From Thermoplasmata archaeon (lineage in GTDB: Archaea; Thermoplasmatota; Thermoplasmata; Lutacidiplasmatales; UBA184): a stretch of DNA of 64,000 nt. The stretch lies in assembly GCA_049585415.1 (NCBI GenBank), contig JBAUZT010000010.1:20406-84405 (forward strand), read 5' to 3'. The notes below the pieces were generated by a model. It made no database searches, was not told where the DNA came from, and worked only from the letters and a program-made list of their open reading frames with translations. The position numbers and the translations under genes are program-made. This document shows, piece after piece, positions 35,407 through 44,404 of this stretch (its first letter is position 1; every line of letters begins with the position of its first letter).

Positions 35407-36249
35407 TTAGGGCTCGAGGGACGGCTGCTTCGCGGCGCCCGCCTCGAACCGGCGGAGCAATTGGGTCGTGACCTCGATCAGCGGGTGCTGCGACGATTGG
35501 TCGATCTCGATGTCGTCGATCGTGTGGAGGTTGTGTTCCCGGGCGAGCCGCTCGAAACCGGTCTCCGAGCGGGCGAACTCCTCGGGGCGGTCGCAGGTCA
35601 GGATGAACGCCTGGAGCTGGGCAAGCCCCATCTCGCGCGCCGCGAGCGCGCGATGGTGACCGTCGACCAGGATCCACGCGTCGCCCTTTTGGACGACCAG
35701 GACCGGCTCCGCGAAGCCTCGCTCGAGCTCGTAGCGGCGGCCGGCGAGCTCGTCCTCGTAGACCTTCCACTGCGTGGGGGTCAGCTTCTCGATCGGGACG
35801 AGCCCCCGGTGGAACGAGAACGGGAGCGCGTAGCGCTTGCTGAGGAGATGCATCAGCGTATCCGCCTTCGCCGGCGACGCGCGCTCGAAGTGCGAGCGGA
35901 CGATGTCGAGGTTGGAGAGGATCCCACAGAGCCGTCCGTCCGCCTCGATGATCGGGAGGTCACGAAGACCGAAACGGAACATGATCCGGGCTGCGTCGTC
36001 GAGCCCGGTGTCCGGGTTCGCGGTGTACGTTCCCGGTCGGATGATGCGGGACAGCTGGGTCGACCCCTCGTTCGCATGGCGGAGGAGCTCCTTCGCGCTC
36101 ACGAAGCCGACGAGGATCCCCGAGGCGTCGGTGACCGGCAGTCCGTGGTGCCGGCTCCGGCTGAGACGTTCGATCGCCTCCCGGATCGTCGTTGTGTCGC
36201 GGAGGTGCTCGACCTCCAGGACCATGTAGTCCCGGACCCGGACGATCAT
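35407..36249 (-). CDS. CBS-pair plus ParB/sulfiredoxin-like domain protein
   Basis: CBS: MVLEVEHLRDTTTIREAI...LPVTDASGILVGFVS...LRDLPIIEADGRLCGILS. ParB/Srx: VLVVQKGDAWILVDGHHRALAA. ATG verified at 36247-36249, with ATGA overlap with gmhA. Confidence 0.75.
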   Translation of the reverse strand: MIVRVRDYMVLEVEHLRDTTTIREAIERLSRSRHHGLPVTDASGILVGFVSAKELLRHANEGSTQLSRIIRPGTYTANPDTGLDDAARIMFRFGLRDLPIIEADGRLCGILSNLDIVRSHFERASPAKADTLMHLLSKRYALPFSFHRGLVPIEKLTPTQWKVYEDELAGRRYELERGFAEPVLVVQKGDAWILVDGHHRALAAREMGLAQLQAFILTCDRPEEFARSETGFERLAREHNLHTIDDIEIDQSSQHPLIEVTTQLLRRFEAGAAKQPSLEP

Positions 36250-36839
36250 CGCTTCGTGACCGGTCCCTCGTCGCGGAGGTAGGCCGTCAGCAAGTGGAGC
36301 AGGATGACATGGGTGTCCTCGGTGTGCTGCATGCTGTTGGTCGGGACGACGAGCGGAACGTCCACGATCTCCTTCAGCTTCCCGCCCCCGATCCCGGTGA
36401 GACCGATCGTCGAGAGCCCCATCGAACGGGCGGCGCGGACGGCCTCGAGCACGTTCGGCGAGTTGCCGCTCCCCGAGATCGCCACGAGCACGTCCCCCCG
36501 CTCCGCGAGCGTCGTGAGCTGGTCGACGAAGATCCGGGAATAGTCCCGGTCGTTCGCGATCGCGGTCAGGCTCGGGGTGTTGTCGCTCAGCCCAACGCAC
36601 CGGATCGGACGGCCATCCCCTCGCGTGGCCACCTTGGAGATGTCCGTCACGAAGTGGGAAGCCGTGGAGGAACTGCCACCGTTCCCGCAGAAGAAGACCG
36701 TGCGGCGCTTTTCCCGGGCCTCGATGAGGATCGGAACGATCCGTCGGGCGGCGTCGAGCAGGTACGGCCCGTCCAGCGCGGACCTCGCTTCCGCGAGATA
36801 CTTCGCGGCGTACGCTTCGAGACCCGGAGCTTCCGTCAT
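36246..36839 (-). CDS. gmhA: SIS-domain sedoheptulose-7-phosphate isomerase-like
   Basis: VFFCGNGGSSSTASHFVTD...VLVAISGSGNSPNV...TEDTHVILLH. ATG verified at 36837-36839. Confidence 0.75.
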   Translation of the reverse strand: MTEAPGLEAYAAKYLAEARSALDGPYLLDAARRIVPILIEAREKRRTVFFCGNGGSSSTASHFVTDISKVATRGDGRPIRCVGLSDNTPSLTAIANDRDYSRIFVDQLTTLAERGDVLVAISGSGNSPNVLEAVRAARSMGLSTIGLTGIGGGKLKEIVDVPLVVPTNSMQHTEDTHVILLHLLTAYLRDEGPVTKR

Positions 36840-37813
36840 CGATGGATCCCGAGGATCCGCGATCCCTCCGGTGTGATGCGGACGGGAAGGCGTTGGAGCG
36901 GCGAGAGGGCGCTCGATATTTGACGGCTCCGTTCGGGAGGGTGGACGAGCAGCAAAAAGCCCCCGCCACCGGCGCCGGTCACCTTCCCTCCGAAGGCGCC
37001 CGCGGCCTTCGCCGCCGCGCACCAGCGGTCGATCTCCGGGTTCGAGATCCCCGCGGAGAGCGTGCGCTTCAGCTGCCAGCCTTCCTCGAGGATCTGCCCG
37101 AGACGCGCCCAGTCACGTCCGAGGATCGCGCTGCGGGCCTCTCCCGCGAGCTCGCGGATCCGCAGGTGCGCCTCCTGGTGCTCTTTCGTCCGCGCACTCT
37201 GGTCCTTCAGGATCCCTTCGGCCTTGCGCGTGATCCCCGTGTAGTAGAGCGAGAGGTGGTCGCTCAACGCCTCGCGCTCCGCCGGCGATAGCGGCAAGGG
37301 GTTCGCGCGTACCGATTCGTCGGCGCGGAACTCAAAATGCTGGACCCCGCCGAAGGCGGCGATGTACTGGTCCTGCTTACCGAGCGTGCCACCGAGCGTC
37401 TCGATCTCGATCTGGCACGCCTCGCTCGCGAGCTCCGCGGGGTCCTTGAGCTGCCCCCGAAAGGCGTAGAGCGCGTTCAGCAGACCGACCGTGAGGGTGG
37501 AAGAGGACCCGAGACCCGTGCCCTCCCCGGGGATGTCGGCGATCGTATGGATCTCGAGGGCCTCGTGGACGCCGGCCGCCCGCATCGCCTCGCGCACGAG
37601 CTCGTGCTGAAGGTCGCCCACGCGGTCGACGTTCTCGGTCCGGGAGTACGCCACGCGGATCGACTTGTCGAACTTCTCGTTCACGATGACGTGCACGAAC
37701 TTGTCGATCGCGGCGCTGACCACCGCGCCGCCGTTGTACGGCCGATAGAACGACGGAAGGTCGGTGCCCCCGCCGGCGAAGCTGATTCGAAGCGGCGTCC
37801 GGGTGATGATCAC
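36836..37813 (-). CDS. hddA: GHMP-family sugar kinase (D-glycero-D-manno-heptose-7-phosphate kinase-like)
   Basis: MIITRTPLRISFAGGGTDLPSFY, PGEGTGLGSSSTL, GAGGGGFLLL. Confidence 0.75.
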   Translation of the reverse strand: MIITRTPLRISFAGGGTDLPSFYRPYNGGAVVSAAIDKFVHVIVNEKFDKSIRVAYSRTENVDRVGDLQHELVREAMRAAGVHEALEIHTIADIPGEGTGLGSSSTLTVGLLNALYAFRGQLKDPAELASEACQIEIETLGGTLGKQDQYIAAFGGVQHFEFRADESVRANPLPLSPAEREALSDHLSLYYTGITRKAEGILKDQSARTKEHQEAHLRIRELAGEARSAILGRDWARLGQILEEGWQLKRTLSAGISNPEIDRWCAAAKAAGAFGGKVTGAGGGGFLLLVHPPERSRQISSALSPLQRLPVRITPEGSRILGIHR

Positions 37814-37837
37814 GCCTTCGAGAGCGCGTGAACGGGA

Positions 37838-39874
37838 TTAATCGTTGTGCCCGGGGACCGGGGCATCGCCGGCCCGTTCGGTACCCGGGGAACGGCTCGC
37901 GGTCCGGGACCAGCGGGCGCGCCGGCCGTAGAACGCGTGCGTCGTCGCGGCGAGGTGCTCGATCGGCGTGAGTCCCGGCAGGCTCTTCGCGAACGCCACG
38001 GCCCGGCGGTCGAGGATGATCGCGATCCCGCGGTCGTTCTCCGAACGGATCAGCCGGCCGAGCGCCTGGAGGATCGCGCGGGCCGCGGGGGCTTCGACGG
38101 TGTACTCCCAGCCCTTGCCCGTCGTCGAGTCGAGGAACCGACGGAGGGCCTCCTGTTTCGCGGTGGGGCGGGGGTACGGGATCCCGACGAGGACGACCGC
38201 TTCGAGCTCCTGGTTCGGGTAATCGATCCCCTCCGAGAGGCGCCCGCCCGCAACGCCGAGGAGCACCGTCCCTTCGGGGTCCTTCTTCCAGCCCTCGATC
38301 GAGCGCCAGAGGTCCCCCATCGGGAGCTTCGAATACTCGATGAAGACGTTCCCCGGCAACTGGGATTGCAGGCCCGCGGCGAGGACGCGCTGCATCAGCT
38401 CGAAGCTCGGGAAGAAGACCGCGGTCTTCACCGGCAGGCACTGGAGGACTTCCACCAATCGGTCGGCGAGATGGGTGATCGCGCGAGGGTCCGAACGGAT
38501 CTCCTCGAACCGCGTTGTCACCGACGGGTCGTAGAGCAGCTTACGGTTCTCGGGCGGGAAGTGGGACGGCACGTCGAGCAGGCGCGCCCCGGGCCCGAGT
38601 CCGAGGGAGTCGCGGTACTCCTCGAGAGGGGCGAGCGTGCCCGAAAGGTGAACGGAGGTGTGGCATTCGAGGATCGGGGCCGCCGGGACGGACGCGTCCA
38701 GCGAGTATGCTTCGAGCGCGGGCCGCGGGAGCCGCGTGGCAACCTTGACGTACGCCGGGGAATCCAGCTGCGGCCAGGAGAGCAGCGTCAGCGCGACCGT
38801 GTGGACCCACGAACGGGGAAGATGGCGCTCCCGCCGCCGTTCCTCTCGGAGATTCTCCCCCCAGGTTGCGAGCGCACCGAGCCAGGTGTCGAGCCGGTGG
38901 GACGTCCCTCCAAGCGCCGTGAGGAGCGCGTCCTCGAAGACGCCCGGGGGCAGCACGGCGTCGTCCTCTCGGGCGAGCGCCTGGATCAACTCCTCGACCG
39001 CGGCCCCGACGATGTCGAAAAATCGCGTCGCGCTGGGCCCCTCCGGGAGCTGGAAGTCCCCCCGTTCGGCGACCTCCGCGCGGGCCCGACGGACCGATTC
39101 CTGCGGCAAGGAGACGGTCGTCAGGTCCCGGAGGTGGTTCGGGAGGTTGTGCGCCTCGTCGACGACGAGGTCGACGCGCTCGGGTCCGACCCCGAGCCAC
39201 TGGAGGAGCGAGCGGCGGATGTGAGGGTGGAAGAAGAACGCGTACGGGGCGGTGATGATCCGCGCGTGGGGGACGAGCTTCTTCGAAAGCTCGTACGGGC
39301 AGAGGTTCTCCTCCCGGCAGAAGCTCTCGAACTCGGCCGGTCCGGGGAGTTTCGCGCTGAACCGCTCGATGAGCCCTTCGAGGTCGGATTGGAGGACGCG
39401 GGCATAGTACGGACAGCCGTCCAGGTCGGTGAGGTCGATCTCTCCGCCTTCCGGAAGTTCCGTCGGTGGCGCGAGCGGCGCTTCGCCCTGCATCGCGCGT
39501 TCGGTCGCCCGCTTGCGGTCGGCGCAGAGCTTACCGTGCTCCTCGGCCGTCGCGCCCTTCACCTCGGCGACGTTCTCGAGGAGGAAGCAGCGGCCCGCGC
39601 GGCCTTGCAGACCGACCGCGAGGAGCGGGCGCTCCATCCGGTGCGCGATCGTTCGCGCCTCCTGGAGGACCTGCACCTCCTGCGAGTGCGTTCGGACGAG
39701 GTAGACGATCCGATGGTCGACCCGCGTCGCGTGTTCGAGCAGCGGGGCGAGCGTGGCGACCGTCTTCCCGCTCCCCGTGGGGGCGTTGATCAGGAGCGAC
39801 CCTCCACGGTGGGCGAGCTCGGTGACCTCCCGAAGGATCGATTCTTGACCCGGTCGAACCCGGTACGGAAACAG
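37838..39874 (-). CDS. xpd: XPD/Rad3-family 4Fe-4S DNA helicase (start codon non-canonical or unresolved)
   Basis: Hand translation upstream of track start 39676 gives LLFPYRVRPGQESILREVTELAHRGGSLLINAPTGSGKTVATLAP...VYLVRTHSQEVQVL. Downstream are Cys-rich FeS domain residues, DEAHNL and the C-terminal helicase domain. Confidence 0.85.
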   Translation of the reverse strand: MFPYRVRPGQESILREVTELAHRGGSLLINAPTGSGKTVATLAPLLEHATRVDHRIVYLVRTHSQEVQVLQEARTIAHRMERPLLAVGLQGRAGRCFLLENVAEVKGATAEEHGKLCADRKRATERAMQGEAPLAPPTELPEGGEIDLTDLDGCPYYARVLQSDLEGLIERFSAKLPGPAEFESFCREENLCPYELSKKLVPHARIITAPYAFFFHPHIRRSLLQWLGVGPERVDLVVDEAHNLPNHLRDLTTVSLPQESVRRARAEVAERGDFQLPEGPSATRFFDIVGAAVEELIQALAREDDAVLPPGVFEDALLTALGGTSHRLDTWLGALATWGENLREERRRERHLPRSWVHTVALTLLSWPQLDSPAYVKVATRLPRPALEAYSLDASVPAAPILECHTSVHLSGTLAPLEEYRDSLGLGPGARLLDVPSHFPPENRKLLYDPSVTTRFEEIRSDPRAITHLADRLVEVLQCLPVKTAVFFPSFELMQRVLAAGLQSQLPGNVFIEYSKLPMGDLWRSIEGWKKDPEGTVLLGVAGGRLSEGIDYPNQELEAVVLVGIPYPRPTAKQEALRRFLDSTTGKGWEYTVEAPAARAILQALGRLIRSENDRGIAIILDRRAVAFAKSLPGLTPIEHLAATTHAFYGRRARWSRTASRSPGTERAGDAPVPGHND

Positions 39875-39947
39875 GAGAGAGGGCTCGGGGGCGGAGGTTG
39901 ACGACGGCGTCGTAATCTCTCCCCGTCGTCGCAGTCGTGGAAGAGGG

Positions 39948-39954
39948 TTTTAAA
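39948..39954 (-). promoter_or_regulatory. TATA-like box (TTTAAAA) upstream of xpd
   Basis: Only AT-rich element in the 39875-39995 spacer. About 35 nt upstream of ATT 39916 and about 77 nt upstream of CTG 39874. Confidence 0.35.
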
Positions 39955-39995
39955 CTGACCCTTCAAAGGAACGGTGAGTCCAAGCCCGCGTCGGC

Positions 39996-40316
39996 TCAAC
40001 CGTACCGGTACTTCACGCCGTACGGTCCCCGCGGCATCGTCCAGGTGACCGAGCCCTGGTCGCAGGCGATGTCGCAGGCTCCGCACTCCACGCAGTCCTC
40101 GTAGCGAAACACGAGCTTGCCCTCGATCCGCTCGTAGCATTTCGCGGGGCAGGTGAACGTGCAGAACGAGTGGGGGCATTTCGCGCAGATCTCGGGTTTC
40201 GTCGTGATGTGGGCGTGGTCCTTGGAGTCGGTGGTGTAGCGGAGGGTTCCCAAGCGCCGCTTGATCTCCACGAACTCCAGGGGGGGAGGGGGGGTGACCG
40301 GACATCCTTCGGCCAT
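39996..40316 (-). CDS. fixX: FixX-type ferredoxin-like protein
   Basis: HITTKPEICAKCPHSFCTFTCPAKCY...YEDCVECGACDIAC. ATG verified at 40314-40316. Confidence 0.75.
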   Translation of the reverse strand: MAEGCPVTPPPPLEFVEIKRRLGTLRYTTDSKDHAHITTKPEICAKCPHSFCTFTCPAKCYERIEGKLVFRYEDCVECGACDIACDQGSVTWTMPRGPYGVKYRYG

Positions 40317-40336
40317 CCGCGCGCTCCGACCGTCGC

Positions 40337-41281
40337 TTAGCCCGGTCCTTTGGCGAGGATCGCGAGGTCGGAGCGAACCGCGGCGACGCTCGCGCGGAAG
40401 GCGGCGCGCTCGGCGTCGGTGAGGTCGACTTCGACGACCCGCTCGACGCCCTGGCGTCCGAGCAGGACCGGCACCCCGATGCAGACGTCCTTCTCCCCGA
40501 ACTCTCCGTTGAGATGCGCCGCGACGGGGAGGAGGCGGTGCGCGTCGGTCGCGATCGCGTGGAGGAGCTCGGCTTGCGACGCGGTCGGCGCGTAGAATGC
40601 GCTCCCGGTCTTGAGGAAATTCACGATCTCCGCGCCCCCTTGCCGGGTCCGCTGGACGATCGCCTCGATACGGTCCGGGGGAAGCAGCTTCGAGAGCGGA
40701 ACTCCGCTGACACTCGTGAGCGACAGGATCGGGACCATGGTGTCTCCGTGGGTCCCGAGCACGAAGCCGGTGACGTCCCGGGGGGCGACCTGGAGCGCCT
40801 CGGCGACGAACGTGCGGAACCGGGCGGTGTCGAGCGTGCCGGATTCCCCGAAGACGCGGGGCGCGGGCAGCCCGCTCACCTGGCGGAAGAAGTAGGTCAT
40901 GACGTCGACGGGGTTCGTCACCACGATCACGACCGCGTTCGGGGCCTTCGCCCGGACGGCCTCGGCGTGACCCTTCACGATCCCGGCGTTCTTCTCGAGG
41001 AGGTCGGAGCGGCTCATGCCGGGCTTCCGAGCGAGCCCCGCGGTCTCGACCACCACATCGGCACCGGCGATCGCGTCGAGCGAGGTCGAACCCGTCACCC
41101 GGGTGGTGAAGCCCAGGATCGGCGCCGACTCTTGGATGTCGAGCGCCTTTCCCTGCGGGAGCCCGTCGATAATGTCGACCAGGGCGACCTCGCGGGCGAG
41201 GTTCAGCTCGGCGAGCCGCTGCGCGAGCGATCCCCCGATGTTCCCGGCGCCGAGGACCACCACCTTTCCTAGTGCGCTCAT
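40337..41281 (-). CDS. mdh: malate dehydrogenase (LDH-like MDH)
   Basis: KVVVLGAGNIGGSLA Rossmann motif, TNPVDVMT, GTHGDTMVP. ATG verified at 41279-41281. Confidence 0.85.
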   Translation of the reverse strand: MSALGKVVVLGAGNIGGSLAQRLAELNLAREVALVDIIDGLPQGKALDIQESAPILGFTTRVTGSTSLDAIAGADVVVETAGLARKPGMSRSDLLEKNAGIVKGHAEAVRAKAPNAVVIVVTNPVDVMTYFFRQVSGLPAPRVFGESGTLDTARFRTFVAEALQVAPRDVTGFVLGTHGDTMVPILSLTSVSGVPLSKLLPPDRIEAIVQRTRQGGAEIVNFLKTGSAFYAPTASQAELLHAIATDAHRLLPVAAHLNGEFGEKDVCIGVPVLLGRQGVERVVEVDLTDAERAAFRASVAAVRSDLAILAKGPG

Positions 41282-41406
41282 CGTCGACCCGTCCCGGCCC
41301 GCCCACCCCTCACTCATCTTAAACGTGAGCGGCCCGCGGCGCCCGGGCAACCCCTCGCCCGTCGGGCGAAACCTTGATTCCTCGCGGCGCCGGTGCTCTC
41401 CGCCCG

Positions 41407-41658
41407 ATGGTGGACGTCGACTCCGCTCTGCTCAGCGTCCAAGAGCGCGACAACTGGCGCCGACGCATGGACGTCCTCGAGCGCTCGCTCGCGGACGTTC
41501 GCTCCCAGCGCCGCCGGATTGAGGCCCGTCTCCGCCGGGTACGGAAGGAGCTGACCCGGCTCCGGATCGCGGCCGAAGCCGTCCTGGATCTCTCGAAGCC
41601 CGCTCGCCGAATGGAGGTGGTTCGTGTCCCGTCGCCCGTTGCCCTCCACAACCGATAG
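41407..41658 (+). CDS. small Arg-rich coiled-coil protein
   Basis: MVDVDSALLSVQERDNWRRRMDVLERSLADVRSQRRRIEARLRRVRKELTRL heptad-like pattern. Confidence 0.4.
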   Translation: MVDVDSALLSVQERDNWRRRMDVLERSLADVRSQRRRIEARLRRVRKELTRLRIAAEAVLDLSKPARRMEVVRVPSPVALHNR

Positions 41659-41854
41659 ACAGGAGACCCTCCTCGCGACCGAGCGCGACCTCCTCGCGGA
41701 GGTCGCTCGGACGCGGCGGCAGGAGGAGTATCTCGTGCTGAAGGTCCGCCAGGCTCGCGAGCAGGTTCGCTACTACGAGCGACTCCTCGAGATGTTGAAG
41801 CGGGATTGGGGCCAGGACCCGGGCCTCGCCTCCCTCGTCCGACGCATCGGATAG
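41624..41854 (+). CDS. small coiled-coil protein
   Basis: ETLLATERDLLAEVARTRRQEEYLVLKVRQAREQVRYYERLLEMLKRDW. GTG start overlaps the previous ORF by 35 nt. Confidence 0.4.
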   Translation: MSRRPLPSTTDRQETLLATERDLLAEVARTRRQEEYLVLKVRQAREQVRYYERLLEMLKRDWGQDPGLASLVRRIG

Positions 41855-41871
41855 GACGGTCCCGACGGGAC

Positions 41872-42825
41872 GTGAAGATCCTCGTCCTGGGAGCCGGCGC
41901 GGTCGGCTCCGTGATGGGCGCCCGACTCTCCGCCACGGGACATTCGGTCGAGCTGGTCGGTCGCCCCGACCACGTCGCCGCGATCCGGGCGAACGGCCTG
42001 CGGATCGAGGGGACCCGGCCCGGGACCTTCCGGGTCGGGGCCACCCCCGACCTCGCCTTGACCGGGGACGCGGATGCCGTCATTCTCGGCGTCAAGACCA
42101 CGGGGTTGGCCACCGCGGCGGCGGCGCTCGGCCGCCGATTCCCTCACCCGGTCCCGACCCTGCTTCCCCAGAACGGGCTCTTCGTGGAGCGCTCCATCCT
42201 CGGACCGCTCCGAGCGGCGAGGGGCACCGATCCCGGGCCGTGGGTCGTCCGGGCGGTGACCCTGCTCGGTGCTACCCTGGTCGCGCCGGGGGTCGTGCGA
42301 CAGGTCGGGAACGGCGAGCTGCTGTTCCGGGACCCCGCTCTTTCCGGCGATACCGCACCGGCCACTCGGGTGTTCGTGGAGGCGTTCGCGAAGACCGGGA
42401 TCGTCGTCCGCTGCGTCTCGGACCTCGACCGGGAGCTGTGGCGGAAGGCGATCGTCAATGCCGCGATAAATCCCGTCACGGCCCTCGAGCGGGTCCCGAA
42501 CGGCCGGCTGCTCGAACCCCCGTACCGAGAAGAGGCGCTCCGACTGCTCCGCGAGGCCCAGCGGGCCGCCGCTGCCGCCGGTTACTCCTTCACGGACGCC
42601 GAAGCCGACGCCGACCTCGACCGGGTGCTTCGGGCCACCGCCGACAATCGCTCGAGCATGCTCCAGGACATCGAACGAGGGCGCCCCACCGAGATCGACG
42701 CGATCTCGGGGGAGATCGTCCGCGTTGCGGAGGCCCACGGCATCGACCTGCCCGCGACGCGCGCGGTCGTGGAGCGCCTTCGGGGACTCCCGTCCGCCCC
42801 GGACCGCCGGGGACAACCGTCATAG
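41872..42825 (+). CDS. panE: 2-dehydropantoate 2-reductase
   Basis: VKILVLGAGAVGSVMGARL Rossmann motif, ...SSMLQDIERGRPTEIDAISG. GTG at 41872. Confidence 0.8.
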   Translation: MKILVLGAGAVGSVMGARLSATGHSVELVGRPDHVAAIRANGLRIEGTRPGTFRVGATPDLALTGDADAVILGVKTTGLATAAAALGRRFPHPVPTLLPQNGLFVERSILGPLRAARGTDPGPWVVRAVTLLGATLVAPGVVRQVGNGELLFRDPALSGDTAPATRVFVEAFAKTGIVVRCVSDLDRELWRKAIVNAAINPVTALERVPNGRLLEPPYREEALRLLREAQRAAAAAGYSFTDAEADADLDRVLRATADNRSSMLQDIERGRPTEIDAISGEIVRVAEAHGIDLPATRAVVERLRGLPSAPDRRGQPS

Positions 42826-42847
42826 TCGTCCGGCCTTGCCCCGTCCG

Positions 42848-44029
42848 ATGACCGAAAAGCGGGGACTCGGCGACGCGGCGCTGCGGGGGCGACGAGTCCT
42901 CGTCCGGGTCGATTACAACGTTCCGCAGGACGAATCGGGCCACATCGCGGACGACCGGCGGATCCAAGAGTCCCTTCCGACCTTGAACCACCTCCGCGCG
43001 GCCGGGGCCCGGACGATCCTGATGAGCCACCTCGGGCGGCCCGAGGGGCATCGCGACCCGCGCTACTCGCTGAAACCCGTCGCGCGTCGGTTGAGCTCGA
43101 TCCTGGGCCAACCGGTCCCGCTCGCGGAGGATATCGTCGGAATCCAGGCGCTCGAGCTCTCCACGCGGATCGAGAACGGCCAGTTCCTCATGCTGGAGAA
43201 CCTTCGGTTTCACCCGGGCGAGGAGGCGAACGACCCCGGGTTCGCCTCCCAGCTCGCGCGGCTCGGGGAGCTGTTCGTGGAAGACGCGTTCGGCGTCGTC
43301 CACCGGGCGCACGCGTCGACCGTCGGAGTGCCGAAGCGGATCCCCGCGGTCGCCGGGCTGCTCGTCGAGCGAGAAGTGCGGGAGCTCTCCCGTCTCCTCC
43401 ACGAACCGCCGCGCCCGTACGTGGTGGTCCTCGGCGGCGCCAAGGTCGCGGACAAGCTCCCCCTCCTCACGAGCTTCCCCGGACGCGCGGACGCGTTGCT
43501 CCTCGGCGGAGCGCTCGTCTTCCCGTTCCTCACGGCCGCCGGAGTCCGGCTCGGCGCGACGAAGGTCGAGGAAGGGCTCGACTCCGCGGTGGCGGCGCTC
43601 CAGAAGGCCGCCCGCTCGGCCGGCACGGAGATCGTGCTACCGAGCGACCTCGTCGTCGAACTTTCGGGGGGTACGGGGGTCTCGACCGTCCCGGTCGGCT
43701 CGGTCCCGGACGGCGCCATCGCCCGCGACATCGGCCCCGCGACGCAGGCACGATTCCGGGAGGTCCTCTCCGCATCGAAGACCGTGTTTTGGAACGGGCC
43801 GCTCGGCCTCGCCGAGGATCCTCGATTCTCTGCCGGTACCCGTGAGGTGCTCGGCGTCCTCGGTTCGGTCTCAGGCTTCCATGTCGCGGCTGGCGGCGAT
43901 TCGGCGCGGACGGCTCAGGACCTCGGGGTCATCGGGGGCTTCGAGTTCGTCTCGACCGGCGGTGGGGCCGCTCTCGAGTTCGTGCAGGGGCTCGAGCTCC
44001 CCGGCCTCGCCGTCCTACCGGACGCGTAA
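42848..44029 (+). CDS. pgk: phosphoglycerate kinase
   Basis: RRVLVRVDYNVP, ILMSHLGRP, VVVLGGAKVADK. ATG at 42848. Confidence 0.9.
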   Translation: MTEKRGLGDAALRGRRVLVRVDYNVPQDESGHIADDRRIQESLPTLNHLRAAGARTILMSHLGRPEGHRDPRYSLKPVARRLSSILGQPVPLAEDIVGIQALELSTRIENGQFLMLENLRFHPGEEANDPGFASQLARLGELFVEDAFGVVHRAHASTVGVPKRIPAVAGLLVEREVRELSRLLHEPPRPYVVVLGGAKVADKLPLLTSFPGRADALLLGGALVFPFLTAAGVRLGATKVEEGLDSAVAALQKAARSAGTEIVLPSDLVVELSGGTGVSTVPVGSVPDGAIARDIGPATQARFREVLSASKTVFWNGPLGLAEDPRFSAGTREVLGVLGSVSGFHVAAGGDSARTAQDLGVIGGFEFVSTGGGAALEFVQGLELPGLAVLPDA

Positions 44030-44366
44030 CCGACGCGCGCCGCGTCGGGGGCGCCGATGCGCGGTCGAGCGTTCCGATGAGGTAGGCGAGATATGCGGGG
44101 GTCGAGCGGGGTACATCGAGCTCGACGATCTCGGGCACGTCGTACGGGTGACTCTCCTCGAGGAAGCGGAACAGCGCGCCGACCCGCTTCGGCACGGTCT
44201 TGAACAACACCAGCGCCTCCGATTCGGCCCGGAGCTCCCCGTTCCACCAGTAGTGCGAGTCGACCGGCACGATGCTCCCGCAGGCGGCGAGGTGGCGCTG
44301 CACGGCGCCGTCGACCGCGGAGACCGCCTGCCCACGGCTCGGGTACGTGGTGAGGACGAGGCGCAT
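43929..44366 (-). CDS. cutA: divalent-cation tolerance protein CutA
   Basis: MRLVLTTYPS...AACGSIVPVDSHYWWNGEL...ESHPYDVPEIVELDV. ATG verified at 44364-44366. A basic tail overlaps the pgk 3' end. Confidence 0.75.
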   Translation of the reverse strand: MRLVLTTYPSRGQAVSAVDGAVQRHLAACGSIVPVDSHYWWNGELRAESEALVLFKTVPKRVGALFRFLEESHPYDVPEIVELDVPRSTPAYLAYLIGTLDRASAPPTRRASVTRPVGRRGRGARAPARTRERPHRRSRRTRSPR

Positions 44367-44404
44367 CGGACCGCGAGCCCATTCGGGGTCCGCGGGGTAC
44401 GGGC

